Shown in pieces: positions 54,299 through 64,000 of a stretch of 64,000 nucleotides of DNA. Source of the DNA: Adineta vaga (taxonomy: Eukaryota > Animalia > Rotifera). The first letter of the stretch is position 1; the number at the start of each line of letters is the position of its first letter. The position numbers and the translations under genes were made by a program. The notes under the pieces are model-generated. The model was not told where the DNA came from. It saw only the letters and a list, made by a program, of their open reading frames with translations, and did no database searches. The DNA is taken from NCBI GenBank assembly GCA_021613535.1, contig CP075494.1, positions 1,984,001 to 2,048,000 on the forward strand, written 5' to 3'.

Positions 54299-55328
54299 TA
54301 TTCTTATTGAAATGTGATAAAAAATGCTTTTGTATTTATATAGATATAAGTTTTGAAGAGAAACAAAATCTAACTTTATCTCTACAATTATATTCTATAT
54401 ATTAAAGAATGAGCTAAGTGTCATGACACAATTATATTTTATTAAAAGATTCGTTTTTTTCTCGTTTAATGGTGCTTATAAAACCTAAATGAGAATATTT
54501 CAAAGATAAACTACGTCGTTTTTTTTTTAGATAGAAAAAAAACTCGTGTATGAGATGATAAAAAGCATTTTATTCTATTTTCATCCAACATTTTGTTAAA
54601 TCTAATGAATTATATTGTATAACGTAATTATCCTTTATTTGATTTTCTTCCTATGCCAAATGTAACGAAATTTAGATGAAGATCTTTCGCTATAACTGCA
54701 GTTTATATTTATATTTTATTCCACGAGCGTAGTTCTATGATTTTAAATAGTGATAATGGCATATTTTATATCAAATGAAAGCGCGTGAAAAAAGGAGTTT
54801 ATTGGTACCAAATAGTAAAGGTTATGATAAGTTTTCAACTGTTAATTTAAGACATTTCTTGAATATTTTTGCATGATTAGATAGAGTTCATCAGGGTAAC
54901 ACGAATTTTAGTCCAAATATTAATTCGTAATTTCGTAGTGCTGATCGGTATGAATATGAAGAGAATCATCTTGCTAAGCAGTGTGCTCTGAAGTTCAGTA
55001 AGAAATCATAGCTTTTAGTAGTAGAATTATTATTAAAAATATTTAAGCTCATTCTAGTGCTTTTGTTTATTTTTAACGCACACCCACACCCACACCCTTT
55101 TTTGAGATTATCATTTGAAATACTTTATAATACTGAATTAATTTCCTAGTCTTGTTTTCTTTATAGATGAATTCTGGCAGAAACACAAGCTTCGGCAAAA
55201 AACCGGACATTATCCATTAGCAAGCGTATTTCTCTTATATTTTCAACTAGCTTTTTTCTTTATTTATTCTTGAGGTGAAAAATATATCAACCTAATACAA
55301 ATCCAACTATTGTCTAAATAAAAGATAA

Positions 55329-55422
55329 ATCTTGAGGGTGTGGATGTGAGTTTTTCTCTCTTCACGTACAACCCTACCCTCATCCACACTCACATATGCA
55401 TCGAAAAGTATATTTTCAAGAT
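55329..55422. repeat. Telomere-like palindromic element
   Basis: ATCTTGAGGGTGTGG...CCCTCATCCACAC...TTCAAGAT. Confidence 0.7.
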
Positions 55423-55764
55423 CTTCAAACGGCGGCGAGTTACTGAGAGTAAAAGCATGTTACCCATTACAAGTCACTTATGACGCATTTCGAAGTGAAT
55501 TTTATTCCTTCTCTTTCTCTCTCTCAATAAAAAGAAACCTGTATGAATGAGTTGGCAACTCATTTATTCCATCTCTGACGGTGATGTCATGTGAATAAAT
55601 ATGTTAAAGGAACAAAAGAAAACAGCAGGTTTTTTCCATCGGTTCTCTTTATACAGGATTATTACTCATTATTCAAGTCTATATATACGTATGGAAAAAA
55701 ACACAAATGCGCTTCTATCTTAGTTCAATTCTTGATATATTCTAGTAGATTGTTACCAAAAAAC

Positions 55765-57423
55765 ATGCTTTTGCTTATAGTACCATTTATCTTGGGAATT
55801 ATTTCACATATAATTTACAGAAAAACTAAAGCATCAACAAGAGTATGTTTAGATGGTGCTCAATATGATCATGCTATTATTATTGGAGGTAGTATTGGTG
55901 GAATGGTAACTGCTGCTTACTTAACACAATATTTCTCTCGAATCACAATTATTGAATCTGATGATGTATTAAATGATAAATTAATGAAATGTACACCCGA
56001 AGAACTATTAGGTTATCGTTGTCATCTTGAAAGTCCAGCACCAATAGGACGATCAAGTGTTCCCCAAATGTATCAGATACATCTAATGGCAATTGGAGGA
56101 CGAATTATATTGCGGGAATTATTTCCTCAGCTTGACCAAAAACTGCTAAATGAATACAATGTTCGTTCTTATTCATTAAAAAATGAGTCAAGACTCGTTG
56201 TTAATGATGTGTTATTACATTCAAATTTAACCGAAGATTTTCGATGGCTCGGTATTGATCGTTTTACATTAGAAATAGCAATAAGAAAAGAATTATGTTC
56301 ACAATATGGACATAAAATTCAATGGATTTGTAATTCAAAAGTGAAACAACTTCTTGTTGATCAATCATTAAATATTGTAAAGGGTGTTAAATATCGTCAT
56401 AAACAAAGTAATCATGCATCAACAGTCGATCTGTATGGCGATTTCATTATTGATTGTAGTGGTCCATATTCATCAACAATGAAATGGTTAAAAGAAGGTT
56501 TGAATTTAATTATTCCAACTGAACAAATACATTTTGGTTGTGGTTATCTTACATTTGTTGGTGAAAGAATGAAGACTGGAAATTCGTTGTTAGATTCAAA
56601 GCCTGTTATTGGTTGTACAGTTAATACTCCTGAGAAAAATAATGGTTGGTTTATAATTCCAATACGTACAATAAAAGGAACAGATAAAAGATCTTTGGGA
56701 ACATTATCAACAGTTGCAATAAATTCTAATAATTCAGAATATCCACCATCTGATTCCTACGAGAATTTATTAGAATGGGCGAAAGATAATCTACATTCAG
56801 ACTTTTATACAATTTTAAAATCAACACAAGTCTGTAGTCCATTGATTTCATATAATCGTCCAATTGACTATTGGAAATATGTTGAATCATTAGGAGAAAA
56901 ATGGCCCGAAAATTTTATACTATTAGGTGATGCAATGTGCACAGTTAATCCTCAATTTGGTCAAGGTATGACACATGCATGTCGACAAGCAAGAGAACTA
57001 GGAAACATATTTGCAGAGAATCTTTATGAATTAAAAGATATATCTCATATTTATAATAATCGTGCTTCAGCAATTAGTGAAGAATGTTGGCGTGCTTCAA
57101 CGGCAAGCGATTGGAAAACACCAAAGTTAAAAGTTGTCAAAACTGATAAAAATGGTGAAACTAAAACTTGTCAACGCGACGGTAATTCTGATGCGACAAC
57201 AAGTGATCATTTACAAGCACCTCTTCTAATGAAGTTTATGCAATGGTATATGTTTTGGTTTCTGCAATGCGCAGGAAAATCTGGACAATTTTCTACAGAA
57301 TTTCAGTATGTTATGAATCAATGTAGTAGTCCGTTTCAATTGTTCAATCCATTAACAGTCTTAATCGTTTTTTATGCTGCATTAATGAATTACCTCAGTT
57401 TATTTATAAAAAGATCTTTTTAA
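55765..57423 (+). CDS. FAD-dependent oxidoreductase/monooxygenase of bacterial-fungal type with N-terminal membrane anchor, intronless
   Basis: Rossmann motif HAIIIGGSIGG...ITIIESD, DFIIDCSG, and LLGDAMCTVNPQFGQGMT. First in-frame ATG is at 55765. Confidence 0.88.
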   Translation: MLLLIVPFILGIISHIIYRKTKASTRVCLDGAQYDHAIIIGGSIGGMVTAAYLTQYFSRITIIESDDVLNDKLMKCTPEELLGYRCHLESPAPIGRSSVPQMYQIHLMAIGGRIILRELFPQLDQKLLNEYNVRSYSLKNESRLVVNDVLLHSNLTEDFRWLGIDRFTLEIAIRKELCSQYGHKIQWICNSKVKQLLVDQSLNIVKGVKYRHKQSNHASTVDLYGDFIIDCSGPYSSTMKWLKEGLNLIIPTEQIHFGCGYLTFVGERMKTGNSLLDSKPVIGCTVNTPEKNNGWFIIPIRTIKGTDKRSLGTLSTVAINSNNSEYPPSDSYENLLEWAKDNLHSDFYTILKSTQVCSPLISYNRPIDYWKYVESLGEKWPENFILLGDAMCTVNPQFGQGMTHACRQARELGNIFAENLYELKDISHIYNNRASAISEECWRASTASDWKTPKLKVVKTDKNGETKTCQRDGNSDATTSDHLQAPLLMKFMQWYMFWFLQCAGKSGQFSTEFQYVMNQCSSPFQLFNPLTVLIVFYAALMNYLSLFIKRSF

Positions 57424-57794
57424 TTTTTATACTAGAACTCCGATGCGACTCGCTTGACCCTCGACTGATTTTTATTCACATATTTGAGTGTTCTTTCGAA
57501 AAAATAGTCTAGCAATTACTTTTAAACAGCTTATCTTCTACAAAGTAAAATCTCTTCGCCGGTTGTCGTCGCTCTGGAGGGGTGTCACCAGGGATGTACA
57601 GCTCACACCCACACTCATCCTTATTTTCAAAACTATGAAATCCAAATCATTTTTATTTTATTATGAAATGAAAATTGCGTGAATATAAGAACTAAAAATG
57701 CAGAATAAAATATTTAAGCAAAACGTTTATTATTAATATATTGTCAAATTTTGAAATATAAAGCAAGATTTATTGAGCAATTGTTTAGAACAGT

Positions 57795-60700
57795 CTAAGG
57801 TGTCGAACATTGACATATATTGTAAAGAATAATTAAGATACGAGTTGTAAATTCAACAGTAATTATATCTTGACAAATATTATTATTGTGATTGTTCCAT
57901 GTTTGATTATCAGTAATTTCTCTTGAAGAAATATTTTGTGCTTGAAAAATCCCATTGTTATTTCCTAGAAGAATGTAGATTCTATCTGAGGAAGGTTTGC
58001 CTAATACAATATCTAGAGATTTATCATTATTTAAATCATATACAATTGCTGTATCCACATTCAATGAAGAAATTTTCATAAAAACTTGTTCATTAACATG
58101 AAAAGTACCATTTTCATATTGATAAAATGCGGATGCAAGTTTACTCGAAAGCTGAAGAAAAATTATATCCGATTGATGATTATTATCAAAGTCACCTATT
58201 CTAATTTGACCCCAATTGTTGTATGCGGTAAAAAATCGTTTCTGTGATTGAAAACTTCCATCAGTGTTCCTTAGAAATACATGAATATGAAGAGATGCAC
58301 GATTCATTACAGCTATATCTAGATAACTATCATTGTTAAAATCAGCAATACCCAATGTTCTAAGATCGCTACCATACTCTACAAATAATGTTGACGAAGT
58401 TGAATATGTTCCATTACTATCTCTATAAAGTATATAAATATTATTATCGATTGAAGTTACAAAAATAATATCTAATCGTTTATCATCATTAAGATCAATG
58501 ACATTCATATCATTCGGAGGTCTAATACCGGCTATTGATTGACTATTTTTTAAGTCAAACATTCCGCTTCCATTTCCATAGAATATGATGATACATCGTC
58601 CATCATAATTAGTAAATCCTACGATTAGATCGACTAAACCATCATTATCAACATCATTAACACGAATTACATATAAAGCTGCAATATTAAATGGAATTGG
58701 CATTACTTTACCGAATGAACCGTTCGAATTTGAAAGCAATACTTTAATCATGTAACCAGAACCACAACCAAAGATTAGATCAGTCAGATTATCACCATTT
58801 AAATCGGCAATTACATATGGACCAGAAAGCGAGCTTGAACATGTTGTATTAATTGTTAATTGTTTAATTTTCAATTGACACATTGATTCTATACATAAAA
58901 ATAAATACATGCTTTGTTGATTTTATGAACTGACCTGATACATTAGAAGATATTGACATTGTTGTGCTTATTGTAGTACTTAAATTAATACTGATTGGTA
59001 TATTTGTCGTCGTCGTCGTTGTTGTTGTTGTTAAATCTATTGAACAAAAATCAGAGAATTAACCACACCTTCAAATACTTGCCTATATGTTTCTCACCTG
59101 ATCGAACACTATAGATTGAGAATAAAATCACACCCGCTAATATGCATAGTAATAATCCAATTACAGATATCATCTTAACAAACGATCGACTACTGTCCAT
59201 AACATTATTCCTAAACAAAACAAATTTATATGACTAAGAAGAAAAAAAAACAGACAAATGATGTTTACTGAAGTATAACATTTGTTGATCTATTCTCATA
59301 ATTCCAATTTCTATTAGTAGTTAGATTGGGTAAAATCATTCGATGTTTTCGACGATAATAAATCTTCAATCCAATTCGAACAAGTTTTGGACAAATCCAT
59401 TTGAGAACAATCGTTAAACCACCTTGAAGACCAAGTATAAGAGTAATTGTGTAAAGAATATTAAATTTTTCAATACTGATATATGAACATATTGAAGGTA
59501 AACATTGTTGATAATAGGATGGATAATTTAGTTTTGTTATCCATTTTTCAATAAATAAATTAAGTCGAAGTTCATCAATTGTTGTATTTTGTAAATATTG
59601 ACTTGTTGTATTTGAAAGAGAAATTAAAGAACTATTGTAATTAGTATATTGTTGAATAAGATTAAGACATGATTGATTATAAAAACATTCAAGAGTCGAT
59701 GCAAGAAATGATTCACTTGGTGTACATCCCATTTTCAAACCTTTTACAGGAATTTCTGTCGAGGAATTTGTTTTGAAAAATACAGCTTGCGTTGTACAAT
59801 TTGGAAAGAATTTACAAGAACAATTATCATCATAAATTATAGGTTCTCCAGGTGCAACAGCATAAAAAATCTCGTTTTCATCTATCATAATAACATATTC
59901 AAAATTTGTTCCATAAGTTGTGACAAAAGCATTTCCATGAATCATACTTTGGATATAAAAAACAAGATTAGAAAAAAAATCGGGAGCATTTGATTTACTT
60001 TGTGTAATTAAAAGATTAAGACGATTGTTAAAATTGTTCTCAGTTAAAAGTTCATTAGTAACTAATAATGATGTAAGAAATTCATTAATCGATTTATTAA
60101 CTGTCTGTATTGAAAGTCGACATAAACCTTGAAGATATTGTAAATGAGATGAAAGAAATCGACGATAATCTCTTTGTTCATATATAGATAAATTAGAGAC
60201 AAGACCATTAATAAGACTATGTCGCCATTCTTCTGAAATAAATTGACTTGAACAAATCTAATTGAACATAGAACGATTTGTATTTGTTCATATTTTGAAA
60301 TTTTTATCTTACCGAATGAAATATTGGTTGAATACTGACAAATTGATTATATGTTGATGCTATTCTTGAACACGAACATTTCAATTCATCATTATATTTG
60401 TCTTTTAATTGATTATAATAAGTAAAAGATGGTTCATTAAATTTTTTTGTCAAAATCTGTGGTTTAATGATTGTATATAAGATGAGAATAGTGAGACTAC
60501 TGATAAATAAAATGAAATAAAGACGAGTTGCCCATTGACCATAACGCTTTACAGTCATTCGATCAAGATCACTTGCAAAATCACGTGATACAAATATATT
60601 TAAATCAATCAATGTTTCATATAACATTTTAATTATATTTTGTATCATCATTTTTAATCGATTGGACAAACTATGTTGAACTACAGATAAAAATTTATTG

Positions 60701-63700
60701 AAATAAAGAAACAACTAAATTAACTATACCTTGTTGAGTTTGTTCTGATTTGTTATTAAATTTTTTCAATGATTCCAAAAAGAATTTAACAAGATGAGGT
60801 GTTATTAAACGTAATGAAACAACAATTCCACCAATCATTGATACAAATATTGTAATTAATCCAAGAAAAGTTTGTTTACGAATATTTTCCGAATAAGAAC
60901 AATATATTGGTGCACATGAATCATAAAATTGTTTATATGATGAAATAGGATTCCATTTTTCAAGCATTATTTCTTGAATTATTGTTGAAATTAATGTATT
61001 AGGAGGATAATGACTCATTGTTGGATCATAAACGAGTGGTTGTAGACTTGTTGATGATAATGGAAGAGCCAATACATCATAGTTATTTTTTCTTACATAA
61101 CTTAAAAACAATGAAAAACAATCGGAATCTATATACAAACAAGAAAATGTTGAAAATAATACAGAATCAGTAGCAAGACAGCCTTGAATCCAACCAGGTA
61201 TATTATGAATAAAATTAGAATTATTATTCTTTTGATTAATAGCAGCAGCATCAGTAAGAACAACTGGTCTTTGACAATATGGATCTATAGCACAAATACA
61301 TTTAGTTAATCCAGTATTGATATCTTGAATACCATATAAAATAAATTTTATCTAACAAATTAAGGAAATATTTTATCATCTAAGACAAAATAACATACTT
61401 GTGTCATATTTAGTGTTAGAACAGGATCAGGAAATAATGTATTTGCTGAAAGTAATTGTTCATGAAATTGATCAACTTGTCGAATAATTTGTGTAATATC
61501 TTTCATCAAATCAAAATTATAAATTGTTGATTGATAAAATTGATTAATATCTGTATATAATTGTTGATTAAAATCATTTTCATTTAATACAGATGAACTA
61601 ATAAAGAATCGTAAAAGAAATCTTTCAATAGCTACATTAATTGTTTCATTAGCTAATAGACAAAGATCAGATAAGATTTGAAATTGTTTATATGCTTCTA
61701 AACGCCAATCATAAGTTATAAAAATCGCTATATTACTACGAAAAAGATCATAAATCCAATGATCACTAATAAAACCACTCGAACATATCTGATGAAATAT
61801 TGGTGAAAATGAGAGAAATGTTTTATAAGGTATTGTTTTATTTATACATGGACATTTAAGTGATGTGGAATTTTTCATTTCTAATAAATTATAAGTTGTT
61901 AATGATGGATTTGGTATAATTATTGTTACTGTTTCAGTGCTTAATGAAGTGAACATACAAAGAATAGATATTGTTCCTATTATTTTAAAGAAAAAAGATA
62001 TCTATATATATATATAAAGAAGAAAGTTTCTTTGACTTTCTGTATGTTCGCTATGTATTCAATCCCTATGTATTAGCTACAGTCATCAAAATTTACATGG
62101 TGCTTCGCTATAGACCCAGGGGAAGATCGACATACGATCGATTTTTCACATAGGGTTGTGAGGGGAGGGAATACCTTGGTGAAGTTTCATCCAAATCCAA
62201 TGACAGTGAAATTTTCGTCAATCTTTGAAAAATTAAGAGAATTTCTCACTATTCTAACATTTATTATACATATTAATATTTTTAATATGTAAACAAGATT
62301 AGTGTCATTTAGAGGGACACGAATGAGGGGAACATTTAGGTGAACTTGAAGTTGCAGCGCATGTGGATATGGTTAATGATTAGAGTAAAGGTGAAAGGAT
62401 AAGAATGCGGATGAGGATGCAATGCTGAGGGGAACCCCGATTAAGGAAACAAATGTTAGTGAATACTTTCGTAGAGCTAAATCCAAAGTAATGAATTTGA
62501 TAGTACTTCAGTTTTTGTTTTATTTTTACCTAATAATAGAATTAAATAGATACGAGTAATAATTCTTTGTTGTTTGATACTGTTTTCTGTTTTATCATTA
62601 ATATTCTTGAATAAATTTAATTTCTTCATTGATTCAATTGGTTTGAACATGTTTATATTTTCATAAACTATAAAATAAACAAATTTTATCTATAAAAAAA
62701 TCTGATATATTTTATTCAAAATTTACTTGAGATTTCATTTGAATAATTTGTAATTTTAAACCAAATAGAAATAACCCATGATGCAATTAAACGAAGTATA
62801 ATAATAAGACCACCATAAAGACTAATAAAAAGTGTAATTGTATAAGCTAAATTTGTTTTCTCTATTGTTGTATATGTGCATATTGACGGTGAACATTGAT
62901 CAAAATATGAAGAATAATTCATATTCGTTGACCAATTTGAAGTAAAAAATGTTTGTAAATAATCTCCTATGGAATTATTATCTTGTTTAGAAGATAAAAT
63001 CGAATTATTCCAATTAAAGTTTGTCTAAATAAAAGAATAAATATGCTGAAGATATAATAGGAAACTATTCAAACTTGTTCGAGATTTGGAAAATAGTTTT
63101 CTAATAATTGAATACATTCCGATTCGTACAAACAATCGAGTGTACTTGCAAGAAGTGCATCAAAAACAGTACATGCTACAAAGAAACCGTTTACGATTGT
63201 AGAATCAGGACGTGGTTCTGCAAAGATTTGCACTACAACATCACTAAGATTCATTGGTTGTGGAGAAAGGATAGCTGCATTTATTGGATCATTTCCTGAT
63301 GAGCTTACATCACATGCATCGAGAACGAAGGGAGTTGTGCTTATATATGATGCTGAAACTCCATATATCTCAGGGACATCACTAGAATAATCTACTACCA
63401 TCAAATAATTTGTACCAAGAGCTGAAATTAAATTATTTCTTTTAATTGTTATTTTCCAATAATTGAAGAATGATATCATTCGACCGAATGCATCATTCTT
63501 CTGAGATTCAATGGTACCATCTATTTCCAATTGAATTGCTATTTTAGGTAGAAGATTAATTGTTAGAAAGTCAGTATTATTAATATCAGTTTGTATTTGC
63601 GAAATAATCTCTCGAGAAAGTAAACAAAGTCTAGAGAGAAGTTCAAACTAAATGAAATAATCATTTGAAATATCTATACAAGTAAAATTTAATATTGACT

Positions 63701-64000
63701 TTCACCTGTGAATAAGCTACTTTTCGAAAATCCCATGTTTCATAATGAGTAGCATTTTCAATATTTAATCCTTCAATCCATTCTTTACTAATAAAAACAC
63801 TTGAACAAACAGGATGCATTATAATATTATTTGAAATAAAATTCTTATATGGTATTGTAATTGTTGAACATGGACATGAAAGAGTTTCAGCATGTTCAGC
63901 ATATAATTGATGAAAAATATTAGGTGTTATATTGTCGATAATCACTGTTTTAGATTCTGTTTTGATTAAAGTTCCATAAAACAATATATAAAGACTTACT
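57795..64000 (-). CDS. Large three-unit TM/Cys-rich/TM protein fused to an extra TM, a Thr-rich stalk and FG-GAP/VCBS repeats (5' partial)
   Basis: Three units ending SLYGGL, SMIGGI and GLQGGL. A phase-compatible splice leads to VIGLLLCILAGVILF, a T-rich exon, then DLNGDNLTD, DVDNDGLVD and DFNNDSYLD repeats. Confidence 0.75.
62001..62480 (+). mobile_element. Probable non-autonomous Helitron-like insertion in an intron
   Basis: Starts A|TCTATATATATATAAAG, is GC-richer than its flanks, and enlarges an intron to about 550 bp. The 3' CTRR end is not clearly identified. Confidence 0.4.

Noticed and set aside
2109-63299. Numerous short antisense or alternative-frame ORFs in the ORF track
   Set aside because: They overlap well-supported genes or repeats and lack motifs, as expected for shadow ORFs.

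Overview
AT-rich eukaryotic genomic DNA with short (about 50-60 nt) GT-AG introns. The gene repertoire and the TGTGGG/TGAGGG telomere-like hexamers point to a bdelloid rotifer (inference). Recognisable genes: sigma-class GST, ART-TPR protein, ARM-TIR-SAM-like protein, ABCG half-transporter, F-box/LRR-like protein, class IV sirtuin, LDLa/EGF-7TM receptor with one in-frame stop, ZNFX1, NHL-repeat-7TM receptor, CslA-like GT2, GIN-like repeat protein, a rhodopsin-type GPCR, an FAD oxidoreductase, and two large genes each built from three tandem two-TM, Cys-rich-ectodomain units. Non-genic features: a hAT MITE, a Tc1/mariner-type foldback element, and about 20 short palindromic elements with telomere-like arms. 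Main leads: (1) the three-unit membrane proteins may be natively concatenated trimeric DEG/ENaC/P2X-like channels; (2) the telomere-like palindromes sit at junctions between broken, unrelated gene fragments, suggesting break-heal-fuse scars or a new MITE family; (3) a shared 22-nt motif lies exactly 22 nt after the stop codons of two intronless HGT-type genes. Multi-exon coordinates are gene spans read by eye.
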